From Vitrella brassicaformis CCMP3155 (taxonomy: Eukaryota; Protista; Chromerida), in assembly GCA_001179505.1 (NCBI GenBank), contig CDMY01000219.1, positions 99,155-163,154 of the forward strand: 64,000 nt of DNA, written 5' to 3'. Under the pieces are notes generated by a model that made no database searches, was not told the DNA's origin, and worked only from the letters and a program-made list of their open reading frames with translations. Each line of letters starts with the position of its first letter. The stretch's first letter is position 1. This document shows positions 1 to 16,100 of the stretch, piece after piece. Made by a program: the position numbers and the translations under genes.

Positions 1-975
1 AGATGACGCCCATCTGCTTGAGCTTGGCCTTGTCGAAGACCACGCTGCCCTTGTAGAGGTACTTGCGTTTGTCGGGGGGGAAAGTGAGGGAGAACTCCGC
101 CGTCAGCTGCCGGTTGCGCATGAAGAACCTGACCGACAGACAGAACACCAAAAACGCAATCAATGTCACGCACACCACACGTCAATTAGCAGCAATCGAG
201 TCGAATCGGACCAGCTGCCCTTGGCCTTGACGTCTTCTCTTTCATACTCGACGATGCCCTTGTCCTGGTCGACAAACCTACACACACGCACACGCCATCG
301 ATATCCCCTCACACCAGTCTGTGGCAGCCAGCACTTCCATCCAGACCCTCTGAACAGCAGCCTGCCCTTGGTTGTCTGCCCTTCAATGGTCTCTTTGATC
401 CTCCAAAGGCCCCTGATCTTGCTATACTTCAGCTCCCATATATTCTGCGGTAGGCCCCTATCATTCAGCTCGCGCTGGAACTCCACGGGGTCGATCTTCG
501 CAGACGCCTCGCCCACCCAACTAAGCCACCCCGCGGCGATTAGAACCGGAGCCGCAAGCCCACCGCTGAGAAACGAGCGCCGTTGCAGCACCTGACTACC
601 CTCCTCTCGCGGACAATCGTTGCGTTGCATGAGCAGAGAAGGCACGGCTGTGTCGGCATGCCTGCCTTGCAACGGCCGACCTATCCGTGTGGCTGAGAGT
701 GGTCGCGTGGATGGCGAGAGAAAGGCAGGAAAGGCTGTTGATGTCCGCCTTGAATGAGTCTGTTTGCGATGGGACGGCGCCAGCGAGCCGTTCGAGGCGG
801 GATGAAAGAACGAGAAGGCTGCTGCAGCTGCGGTGATAAGGAGAGAAGGCTGCCATCGCCGTTGTGGTGGTGATCTGGAGGGCTGTGCAGGGTGCCGATG
901 GCATTCGGCTGAGCTCGATGAGGGTGCGGGTTGTGCATCTTGATGCATCTCCATCGACAGTTCTTCCATCGACAT
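1..975 (-). CDS. Hypothetical plastid protein, probably thylakoid-lumenal; multi-exon, 3' end runs off the window
   Basis: ORF 166..1008 gives a hydrophobic stretch (LLITAAAAAFSFF), a Ser/Arg-rich transit-like region, then RRSFLSGGLAAPVLIAAGWLSWVGEASA (twin-Arg, hydrophobic core, AxA). GT-AG splicing continues into an exon at 1-130 (FFMRNRQLTAEFSLTFPPDKRKYLYKGSVVFDK). The first in-frame ATG is at 975; the start choice is uncertain. Confidence 0.6.
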
Positions 976-1289
976 CTCGATGAGCTCTGGCCAAGGGAAG
1001 AACTCCAATCTGCAGTCTTAGCTCGCAAAAGATTGCGAGCTTGCGCAGATCTCCCTCCCCTTTTTTCCTCCTTGAGAAGAGCTGGTGGATGCCTTTTGAA
1101 GCCTCGGTGGTTCCCGTGTCCGAGCGCGCAGCATCAACCCCTGGGAGGAGCCCATCTGTCTGGCGAACGGAGTAAGTAAGTTCCTTGATGCGGCAGCAGC
1201 AACAGCAGTCTGCCGTCTGAGTGCAGAGCAAGCTTAGCCCAGGCCGGCCTTCCTTCCCTTTATGTGCGGGCGGCTGGCGTGACGTGACG

Positions 1290-4200
1290 ATGCTGACCGG
1301 AATGCTGCAGCTCATCGCGTTGTGTGGTGTGCTCATCGCGCACCATGCGGTGGCCTTCACGCCCTCCCGCCCCTCCCCCTCCCTCCGCAGACACCCATCG
1401 GCACGATCACTCAGACCCACTCATGCTGCAGCCAGACCGTCCGACCGGTCGCTCACCATGGCTGCACCGCCAGATGCCCACACCTTCGGCAGCAGCGCGA
1501 CGGCAGAGGAGATGAAGCACCCTTTTCTGCGTAACCTCAACTCGATACCCGAGATGTGGCCGCTGCTCACCGAACGGTTCGGTGACAGAACGGCGCTCAA
1601 GGACCCTTATCATGGGGGCGAGGGAGATGGGGAGGGCGGGAGGGCGTTGACGTATCGGCAGCTGGACGAGGAGATCCGCAGCCTGGGGTCGGGTTTGGCG
1701 ACGGCTGGGCTGCTCAAGGGGGACAAGGTGACCTTCATTGCGGAGAACTCTCATCGGTGGATCATCACCGACCAGGCCATCATGCTCGCAGGTCAGTGAG
1801 AACACACACGTGCAGGCAGCCTCCCTCTCTCTGTTTCTGTCGTCTCATTCTGCGCGTAATGGGCCTCCCTCCCATATGGCCACTCATCTCATTTACCCAC
1901 CCATACATCAGGTGGTATTTCTATCCCTCGTGGCGCGGCGGCCGATCTGAAGGAGTTGTTGTTCATCTTGGGCCACTCCGAGAGCTCCGTCATCGTGGCC
2001 GAGACCCCTGCCGTCCTCGACAAGCTCCTGCACTACGTCTACGTCGAGGCCCCCGCCCTCCCTGACGTCGACCTGACCGCTCTCAAGAAGCGGCTCAAGT
2101 TTGCAGTCGTCCTCTACGACGACCCGTCAGCCAAGGGCGGCCATCTGTCGCTGCAGGGCGTGGCCACCAAGTACCAGAAGAACCTCACGGTCTACGGCTA
2201 TGACGCGCTCGTCACACACGGATCGACCTACTCGTCGGCCTTCCGGCCGGTGGCTCTGGGCCCGGACGACGTGGCGACGATCATGTATACGAGCGGGACG
2301 ACAGGGCGGCCGAAGGGGGCGGTGTTGCGGCAGCGGAACCTGCTGCACCAGATCAACACCAACACGTTCTCGGGGCAGGAGATAGTGGACAAGGACAAGG
2401 ATGGGCTGTTGGGGTACAATATGAACCCCTTCCCTGGAGACCGATTCCTCTCCATTTTGCCCACTTGGCACATCTTCGAGCGGGCCGCCGAATACTGGGG
2501 GTCAGTGATGAGCTACCTGGATCGATGGATGGATGGATGGGCGTGTGTGGCTGTGTGTCTTGCGCAGGTTGAGCCGCGGGACGGAGATGATTTACACGAC
2601 CAAGCTGCACTTCAAGACGGACCTCAGCAAGTTCTCGCCCCATTACCTCATCGCCGTACCAAGGCTCTATGAAACCGTCGTCAAGGTCGCCATACAGACA
2701 GAGAGACAGGGATACACACACACGCGGACACACATAGGCATGGCATGGCATGGCTGGGTGGCATCGCGTCGTTCGTGCTCGCCTCACTCACACATCAGGG
2801 TGTTGAGAAGAAGTTCCAGGAAGGATCACCCGTCAAGCGGGGGTGCGCCACACACACACACACACACACACGTCTGCCCACCAATGCTTTGTGTGCTCGT
2901 GAACCCATCAGATTGGTCCGTTTGCTTCGTTCCGTCTCTCGCAAATACGTCAAAGCGAGAAGGATCGTCAGAAGTGAGACATTCATTCGCCCTACCTCCC
3001 AGCCAGCCACCCAGCCAACACACTCCCCACTCCCCACTTCCCACGCCACACGCATCTCTCCCTCCCTCCCTGTTTGTTTGTGTGACCCACCATACAGACC
3101 GGAACCTGTTTGACTTCAACCCCGGTTTCATCACGCGTCTGAAGTCCCGCCTTGCGATGGTGTTCCTGTGGCCGCTGTACAAGGTGGCGTCGGTGCTGCT
3201 GTGGAAGAAGATCAGGGACGGGCTCGGGGGCAGCATGAAGGTCCTCATCTCGGGAGGGGCCGCACTGCCCATGAAGGTCGAGGTAAGTGAGGAGTTGAAC
3301 AGACAGACAGACAGACAGAGGGAGGGAGGGAGAGAGGGGTTGCTGGATGGATGGATGGATGTGCAGGATTTCTTTGAGATGGCTGACGTGCCTCTGGTGG
3401 TGGGCTACGGGCTGACCGAGACCTCGCCCGTCATCACCAACCGCAACGTCGACGACAACACACGGGGCACCGCAGGCACAGTCGTCACCGGCACACAAAT
3501 CAGGGTCCGCACCACGCAACACAGAGGCCTTTTATGCAGCCATTGTCTTGTGTGTCTTGTGTGTGTGCAGATAGCCGACCAGGAGACGGGCGAGGTGCTG
3601 CCTGCTGGCAGAGTTGGTGTGATCGAGGCCAAGGGTCCGCAGGTCATGAGCGGCTACTACAACAACGAGGAGGCCACCGACGCAGTGCTCACGCCCGACG
3701 GATGGTTCAACACCGGAGACCTCGGCATGATCACACCCACTGGTACACACACACACACACACACACACCCTCCCAGCCACACACACACACATCTCCCTGT
3801 CTCCCTCCCTCTCTCGGCGTGCATCATCGCACCACCAGGTCAGCTGACCCTGACAGGTCGAGCAAAGGACACTATCGTCTTGTCGAACGGCGAGAACATC
3901 GAGCCGGAGCCCATCGAGGTGGACATCATGAACTCGCCGCTCGTCGACCAGGCCATGCTCGTCGGACAAGACGAGAGACAACTCGGTGAGTCTGGTCTGC
4001 ACACAGTCAGTCCACCATGCTGCGAGTAAAGACACGCGCCTGTGCCTCCCTCTCTGTCTCTCAGGTGGCCTGCTGGTGCCCAACCTTGACGCCATGTGGG
4101 AGGAGGGCATTGTCACCACAGTAAGGCCAGACACACACACACACAGCAAAGGGCTATCGATCCGACGCATGGGCATTCGTTGATTCCATTGTGTGCGTGT

Positions 4201-5038
4201 GTCGCAGGAGGCGAGGGACAAGTACAAGAAACTCGTCGAAGAGAGCAGCGACGAGAGGGTAACCACCCCCAAGCACACCCGCATGGACGCCGATTTGTCT
4301 TGTCTTGTGTGATGTGTGTGTTGGTCTGGCCGTTCAGGCGTTGCGCAAGGCGGCCGATGAGCTGCAGAGCATCCCCGAGGTGGATGCGGCTTTACGTCGG
4401 CTGCTCCGTGAGAAGAGCCAATCACGGCGGCCTGACGAGGCCGTCCGGATGTACCGGCTAATCCTGCAGCCCTTCTCACAGGAGAACGGATGCCTCACAC
4501 AAACGTTCAAGGCAAGAGAGAACCATTGGCACTTCCCCGCCCCTCTCCCTCTCCCTCTCCCTCGCAGACCCTCCCGTCTGTGTGCATCTTATTTATGCCT
4601 TGGCAGGTGAAGCGGCATGTGGTCTTGTCCAAGTTCGGCGACGTCATCGACTCCATCTACAATCCCCAGAAGGCCGGTCTAATTGACAGAGTCCGCAGCA
4701 CCATCGACAAGCAGACCGACAAGATACGCGACCAGGCCGACAAAGTGCGGGACACCATCTCCAGCAAGCTGCCTGACCTCCCTGAGTTCAAGAAACCCGA
4801 GTTCCAGAAGCCCCAGATGCCCGACTGGGGGCCGTTCAAACGCGGCAAGGAGGGCAAGGGCGGCGAGGTGGAGCAGCAGGAGCAGGAGCAGCAGCAGCAG
4901 GGGCAGCAGCAGGTGTTGAAGGGGGGCGAGGAGGGCATCACAGTGGCGCCAGCGGACAGGAACCACCATGAGGCCCATGTGGAGCACCACTTGGGTGTGG
5001 GGGAGGAGAAGAGAATAAAGGTCACTGAAGTGAGATGA
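1290..5038 (+). CDS. Long-chain acyl-CoA / acyl-ACP synthetase (AMP-binding, plastid AAE15/cyanobacterial Aas type); multi-exon
   Basis: Motifs across exons: IMYTSGTTGRPKG, FLSILPTWHIFER, LISGGAALP, GYGLTETSP, WFNTGDLG, TGRAKDTIVLSNGENIEPEPIE. The N-terminus is a signal peptide (MLTGMLQLIALCGVLIAHHAVAF) followed by a Ser/Arg/Pro-rich transit peptide. Confidence 0.92.
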
Positions 5039-6553
5039 CAGAGAGCTACGTATACAGGACCGATTTGATGGCTGGTTGGGGTGGGGTGGGGTTGGGAAGA
5101 GCGGAGCGGGTGTCTGTACTTTACCCCTCTCTCCCACCCTGTCTCTCTCTCTCTCTCTGGTGTCTGCGTGACAAATCGACAGACAGACGGACAGCTATGA
5201 GCATAGCTGCGCATTCACTGATTGCAATGCATCGCAGCCGTATTTTTGCTTTGTTTGTGCGTACCTGTGTTTGTTTGTACGGAATGGACACACGGATGGA
5301 TGGAAGAGTGACACGGGCGGGGCACGCAGGCAGGCAGGAATCACTCAGTTACTCAATCACTGATGAGGGCATTTTTCACACGCCACGCACACCTACGCGC
5401 GCGCGCGAGAGAGAGAGCTGGAGAGATGGTAGCAAGGCAGAGAGATGCGTTTTGCCGTCCGTCCGTCCGGCCAGCCAGCCAGCCGGCCTGCATGCACATC
5501 TGCAGGCCATTCATTCGTGTAAGGGGGGATGGGATGTGTACAGTGGGGTGGGCCGGGGTGAGTCGTAATGTAGCTAGGAGACGTGCGAGCGAAGGAGGCA
5601 AGGAAGGAAGCGGGGGGCTGCGAGAGAGAGATAGAGAGACCAGAGATGCTGCCACACACACACACACATCCATTCAACGGAGAAGGAGTGGTCGTGACAC
5701 CGACCCCTCGCTCTCCGTCGCAGAGCTGCGGCGAGAGGGGGTGTTTGTTCAGTAAGACAGCCGGCCAGCTATCCATCAGAGAGCAGGGAACTTTTGGCGA
5801 TGAGTGGGACACTCGATGGCCACATGGTATGATTTTTGACCATCCCCCATGCCACACACGTGTTCGCCTGCCTGCCCCGCCTGCCTGAGTGGTTTAATCG
5901 ACTATGCCTTGCCTTGTATGGGTGCAGTGCACCCTGTGGCCGCTGGACCTTTCCGCGGCCAGCCAGCATCTTTGCATTTTCATGGTGTTTCTGGCTCTAG
6001 CTGGCTCTAGCTGGCTGTCGACTGTCGGTTGATGGTCGAGTGCTTCTGCACGCACGAGTGGCTGTCTGTCTGTGGCTGTCTGCCCAGTTTGTGTCAACAC
6101 ACCCCCCCACCCACCCACACCCACCCACACACGCATCAGTGGTTCTTTTGTAGGCTGGTAGGTGTGCTGGCTTGGCTGCATTGGCTGCATCTAGGTAGGT
6201 CTGTGAATGAAGTTGGTCGGCTGCCGGCCGGGTTAATGTCGGTGGATGGATGGATGGATGCCCTTCGATGGTGGGTGTGTACTCGTAAGTAAGTGTCACG
6301 GTCGCTCGATCTTTGTATCTTTGGACGGACGAAGGGAAAATGCAATGCTGCAGGGTGGGTGGGTGGCTAGACAGACTCAGAATGCCTCTCTCTGCCGGTC
6401 TTCCTTCAATGCTCGTCCGTCCTCCAAAACAGGTCTCATGTCCCCCTCCCTCCCTCCCTCCCGAGCAATAAGAAGACAAAAATACCCATGAAGGCAGGCA
6501 TAAAATCAAATGGTGCTCGCACGCAGCACCGTCACGTCAGTCACGTCAGTCGG

Positions 6554-6996
6554 TTATCCACCCCGCATGGCGCCCTGCACGTCCCTCCAGGTACCGCCAT
6601 TGACCACCTTGGTGTAGCCGAGCTTCTTGAGCGCGGCAATGCCGACGTTGGACCGCATCCCCGACGCGCAGAAGCAGACGATCGGCGTGCTCTTGTCGGC
6701 AGGCAGCTCGCTGGCCCGGCCCTCAATCTGACTGCTCACACACACACACACGCACACACACAGACACTCGGAACGACCAGGCCAGTGAAGGTGTACGCCT
6801 CGCTTGTGGCTGCTCCGTTTCTTTCTTACGTGTGTGGGATATTGGTGGAGCCCTCTATGTGGCCGCCTGCATATTCGCCGGCTGACCTTACGTCGAGGAG
6901 GAACCGGTTGGGGTTGGTGAGGGTGGCCTTCAGATCTGAGCGGCTGGATGAGCCCATCGCCATGGAGGGGCTGCAGCACGAGAAACACAGCTGCAT
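6554..6996 (-). CDS. Single-domain rhodanese-like sulfurtransferase (2 exons)
   Basis: Exon 1 reads FLLDVRSAGEYAGGHIEGSTNIPH. After an intron (~6732-6809), exon 2 reads QIEGRASELPADKSTPIVCFCASGMRSNVGIAALKKLGYTKVVNGG, with an active-site-like C-ASGMRS loop. Confidence 0.88.
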
Positions 6997-7645
6997 CAAT
7001 CAATGCGCCATAAGACGCTGCAGCATGTTTTCCGCTCGGTCACCTGGGAAGAGTGCGAGCTGAGCTGTCAGGACGGAGGGATTGAATGAATGCCTTGTCT
7101 GCTCCTTGCACTGAGATGAGTATTGCGTGCATCGGAGGTAAGGATGAGCGATAATTCTTTCACAAACAATCAGAAATATCGACAAGTGATCACTTCTCGT
7201 GCCGTGCCCAGGCTAGTCACTTTTCTCGCAGGTCAAGTGGGTATGGCTCTCCTGGCTGCATGTCATCAGGGACACCCACACACTCACAGATGGATACATA
7301 CGATACATCCACCCACCCCCCTCCACACACACTCCCGCTGTCTAGCTATCTACACACCCCCGACGGACGACCGACCGAACACAGACACCCATACCACCGC
7401 TGCACACACACACACACTACACTACAGTGAATACGAACGATACGACACAGCCATCAAAAACACCGACCAGAGAATAAGAGATACCTCAACCAACCTCAAC
7501 TTCTCAACACAACAGGCCAGGACGGACACCTTAACCGAAAACCGCATGGATCCGACCCGCGGATGTAGGGTGGGTGGCTGAAAACTGTGTAAGTGTGTGT
7601 GTGTCTGTACGTGTGTATGTGTGTGTGGCGGTGCGGCCGAGAAAA

Positions 7646-11224
<3,579 letters not shown>

Positions 11225-11704
11225 GAGCAGCTGGGCGGGCGGGAGGAACGATATGGAGAACGCTCAGCCACACAGCCACGTGGGACAGTGCGCGCGACTC
11301 CCTGCTTCAGGCACTTGTCGTTTCAACTCCGAGATCAGCATTGCGAGCTTGTGGAGCCAAGGCAGTGGATTGCCTTCTGTGCAAATTGCTTCTGTGTCCT
11401 CTCCTTCTCTGTGTGTGAACTCCCGCCGCCAGTCGCAGAGACCGCCAGCCTTCCGTAGCCCGCCACCCACCCACCGACAGCACATCAAGGCAGACAATCC
11501 AGTCTCGGCACGTAAATGGAGTCAGAGTCTTTCTCTCTCTCTCGTGCACTCGCCGCATTTAAACATCCACACGCACCCCATGCTCTCGCGGAAAAGCTGA
11601 CAGCTACAACGGACGTGTGTGTATGCACACACAGTGCAGAATTGAAAGTACGTCGAGCCACTCAGTGATCCGCTCGGCTACTGCACTGCACTGCACTGCC
11701 GCCC

Positions 11705-12004
11705 NNNNNNNNNNNNNNNNNNNNNNNNNNNNNNNNNNNNNNNNNNNNNNNNNNNNNNNNNNNNNNNNNNNNNNNNNNNNNNNNNNNNNNNNNNNNNNNN
11801 NNNNNNNNNNNNNNNNNNNNNNNNNNNNNNNNNNNNNNNNNNNNNNNNNNNNNNNNNNNNNNNNNNNNNNNNNNNNNNNNNNNNNNNNNNNNNNNNNNNN
11901 NNNNNNNNNNNNNNNNNNNNNNNNNNNNNNNNNNNNNNNNNNNNNNNNNNNNNNNNNNNNNNNNNNNNNNNNNNNNNNNNNNNNNNNNNNNNNNNNNNNN
12001 NNNN
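11705..12004. other. Scaffold gap (300 N)
   Basis: Run of N. Confidence 1.
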
Positions 12005-13162
12005 CTCTCTCTCTCTACCGTCCTGGCCGCCCACTCGCTAACACACACACACACACACACACTCGGATTGGCACCGACAGGCAGACAAAGCAATAAGCGC
12101 CGATCGGCTGCATGCAGCCTGGCCTGCACCACTAGTGGCTCCCGCCTTGAGTGACGCCCAGAAGTCTAAGGTACAAACAGACGCCTCTCTTCCCCACGTA
12201 CCGCCACATCATACAGCACCACACCACACAAAGCCCCCTGGCAGCGGTGACTCACGCGGAGGTGAGAACACAGACGCATACACATGCGAACATACTGCGA
12301 CACACACACAAACATGCACCGATATCAACGCTGACAATTGCAATCAACTCTCGGACGATTGCTCGGTCGGGACACGCAGACACATCCACATGAATAAAGG
12401 CCCGGTACAAACGCGCACGATGGCAGCAGTTGTTTCTCTCCGCACGAATTGGTACGATCGATCGTATGCAGCCACACGTACACGTGTATGCTGGCACACC
12501 TCACCACTCGATCTGCCAACACACACCGGACTGACCCACAATACAGACACACCTATAGACACGCACACTACAAGTGAGGAAGTGAGAAGACCGCATCAAG
12601 AAGACACAATGGATGCAGAGTGACGGCGGGATGCGCCGACACGCACGCAAACAGACAGACAGACAGACAGATCCGTTTAGCGACGCCCCGCCGGCAGGGC
12701 CATAGCCCTCCCTCTGATCATCAGATTCACTTCTTGCGGAGGAATCCGTATACAGGGACCGGCGTAGGCGCAGGAGGCACACAGCATAAAAGAAGTGGCA
12801 AACTCTCTGAGAGAAACTCAGATTGGCGCCCATCGCAGCCGTCACGGGCACTCAGACACACCGATGCACACACACATGGCCGAGTTAGCCATAGCAAGAG
12901 ACGTACAAACAGAGACAGATAGAAAAGACGGCGAGAGGGCAGACGTACACACAGGCAGGCAACTGAATAAACGAGACATCCAAACACTAGAAGGCCAAGC
13001 GACTTAAAACAGAGACAGACAGACATCAGACAGACAGACAGACAGACAGAGAGCGAGAGCAGGAAGAAACTGGCCATGCACTCACCCTCGCTTAAACCAC
13101 CCCCGCGCACACACTGCCCCCCTTCCTGAGCAGACACTATCTGGCTCCGTTCCGTTGGTCAA

Positions 13163-16100
13163 TCAGGCCTTGCTGCATCGGCCCGCCATGTAGCGCACGA
13201 TCACGCCACACGTGTTGATCAACGTCAGCAGCAGGGCCGTCAGGGTGGCGGGAGGAACGATGTCGGCCAGCACGCCATCGCTGTCGCTCAGAAACACCGC
13301 CAGAAGCTGATTGGTCAATGCGTGGACATGTGGGATGCGACCAACACACGAAAGAACACCGTGACACAGACAGAGACGGACGTGACTGCTCGGTCGGTCG
13401 GTGATGTCCTGCCTGCTGCCATGGCCATCAAATGACTAACCTGCAGTGTCAGCATCGGCACGTATCCCACGAGAGCCATAAGCTCGAGGGAGCGGAAGGC
13501 CTCGCTCTTGACCGGGATGGAGAAGTACGGCAAGGATCGAAAGTTGCTCCAGCCCAGGTGCAGGACGCCGATCGAGAAAAAGGACCCGAACAGCACAAAC
13601 ACGAGCCCGGCGCCGTCCCCGCCGAATGCATCGTCGTCCTTCTCGTCAGCAAGGGCCACGGCCAGGACGGCGTGATCGGTGCTGGCGTCCTCCTCCTTGA
13701 CGGTCTTGCACGTGGACTCGCGGGACTTGGTGGTGGCGCTCTCGAGGGGAGCGGCGAAGGCCGGCGGGCACGACTTGAACACCTTTGGCACGTCGCTGCT
13801 GCAGATGGGCGTGGTGTCCTTTGTCGACTTGATGCCCTCGGGAGTGGGAGCCGTGTCGATCTCCTCCAGCGCTGCTTCCTGCTGGCCGACCTCCTCCTCA
13901 CCATCATCCTGCTCCTCATGCTGCCGCTGCTGCTGCTGGAGCTCCGCTTGGTGAGTGTATTCGCCGCTCTGGATGAACACGGGCGGCTCCTCCGGCAGGT
14001 CCGCCATCATGTGGCCGCGGGTGCAGAAGACAGCTTCAGTGGACAGGTGGCTCAAGGCGAAGGTGGGACAAAAGGACATGACGTCCTCCTCCGTGCTGGC
14101 AGCGGGGCCCTTGATGTCACTCTCTGTGGCGTCTGGGGCCGGAGGCGGCTCCATCATGTGGCCCAGAAACGTCGCGGCCTTCTGCTTGAGTGGCTGTTGC
14201 TCGGCCTGTATGTCGACGAGAATTGTTTTCTTCCTTTTGGTCCTTTTGTGGCTGCCGTCGGTGTCACGCTTGGCCCGTGAGAAGGTGAGGGCATATGACG
14301 GGTGGCTCGTCACCTGCATGCGTATACACACACACCGGGATGTGCGTCTGCTTCGGCCAATGAATGTGTTCCCTTGCGCTGCGCTTGCCCATGTGAGATT
14401 GTAGAGAACCACGGTGATTTCGTTGAAGAGAATCATGCACAAGAAGTGAATGCAGCCGGCCCAGAAGAGCCAACCGGTGTAGTCGACACGGAACAGGTAT
14501 ATAACAAACACGACTGCAACACACACACACAGTCGAGAAGGACGAATGCGTGCATTCTCTGCAACCATCTGTGACGCGCGCACGCAGCTGCATCGCCTTG
14601 CTCACCATGCGCCACTGTGCCGAGGCCCGCTACGGTAGCCGCAACGACGCGCCACACAACGGTGCTGGGGTGGTGCTTCTTGCTCTGTCGAGCGGTCACG
14701 TACGCCGCAAATGTCAACAGACCCGCGGCGAGGAGGAACACGATGACGTATAGGTCGACCTGGAACCAAACGGGCACACACTTCACTTGCCGGACTGCCG
14801 GCGCGTGTGTGCGTAGGGGGTGCGTACGTCTGTGGGGCAGCTCTGGCCATAGGGCACGGATATGCCGGGCATTCTCAGCACCAGGAGGGAGAGAGACGAG
14901 AACCGGGCCCGATAGTGATCCAAGGAGCACGCATAGCCCTGGTCTGCTCACACACACATACACACGCACACACGCATGAACCTGCCAGATGGCATCCGAT
15001 TGATGAGTGTCTGTGTGCATCCGTGCTTATTTGTGTGTGTGTGCTCAGCCCACCGATGATTGTGCCAGGACACAGACGAGGGCCGGACACGACGATTGGC
15101 TCCACCTGTACGAAGTTCCATACACAGGACTGCTCGATCAGTGCGCAGCTGAGCGAGACCAATCAATGCTTGCCTGATCGAGCCGCCACGATCTGCACAC
15201 ACACACAGACGCACACACACAGACACACACACACATGCATCTGATCTTTCGTCCACAGTTGGGTGAGTCGGGTTGCGGTGCTTACGTCACGTTCTTCCAG
15301 AGCATGCACTTGAACTGGGAGGACGAGAACGCCTCACAGTCGGGCTCCTCCCTGCACTGCACGCAGACACCAAGCAGCGAAAGCACCGCCATACATTTCC
15401 ACAAGCACACGCACACTTTCACTCTCACACACATCTGTTATTTGCTCTGTTTACCAGCTCCTGACATCTGCGCAGAAACAACAACAACAACAACAACGCA
15501 CAGACCGTCAGTCGAGCTAAGGTGCGCTCCCTCTACAGACTCACCCCTCGGCCGGGTAGACGAGTCTGAAGACAAAACGCACAGACCGTCACTCGCTGCG
15601 CTTCTTTCTGCAGACTTGTGCGTCTCCTGCTCACAGGTCGATATTGGAGATCATCGTGGAGGTGTCGGGGTCCGGCTGCACGCCCTGGTGACGATATCCA
15701 GCAACACGACACGGACACGGACAAACAACACACTGCACGGAACTGGTTATGATCCTCCCTGTGCACCTGGTGGTAGCATCCGCAGTTCGCCAGGCCCACT
15801 CGCGACAGGTCGTATGCACGTACAGCGTAGTTAAGCGACTTGGTGAGGAACGACGGCGCCCCCAGATCTCCCCGGTGAAATGATCTCTCCTCTTTGGTGC
15901 CTTTCTTGCCCGCCGCGAGTGCGTTCGGTTCCGTTGGTAGCCCATAGTAGAGTGCTGGGTCTGCGGGCAGCTGGTGCATGCCGTCGTGCGTCAGCGGGGG
16001 GACGGGAGGGGGCGGCCAAGTTGAGCCTGGGGCCGGGCCGCAGTCGTGGCCCTGCGGGCCACACACACACACACACCAACACACCAACACACATGGGCAG

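Noticed and set aside
5992-6016. Tandem 10-mer ctggctctag
   Set aside because: About 2.5 copies in intergenic/UTR sequence, with no evidence of function.
6994-7026. In-frame TGA as selenocysteine in the rhodanese
   Set aside because: The TGA lies in the N-terminal leader rather than at a catalytic position, and no SECIS could be recognised downstream.
11617-12132. ORFs spanning N gaps (also around 27.1-27.9, 32.5-33.9 and 36.0-36.8 kb)
   Set aside because: Their lengths are artefacts of translating N runs. Only the flanking parts with motifs were used.
12100-13130. ORFs downstream of the PAN-7TM gene
   Set aside because: Low-complexity and without motifs; likely 3' UTR or intergenic.
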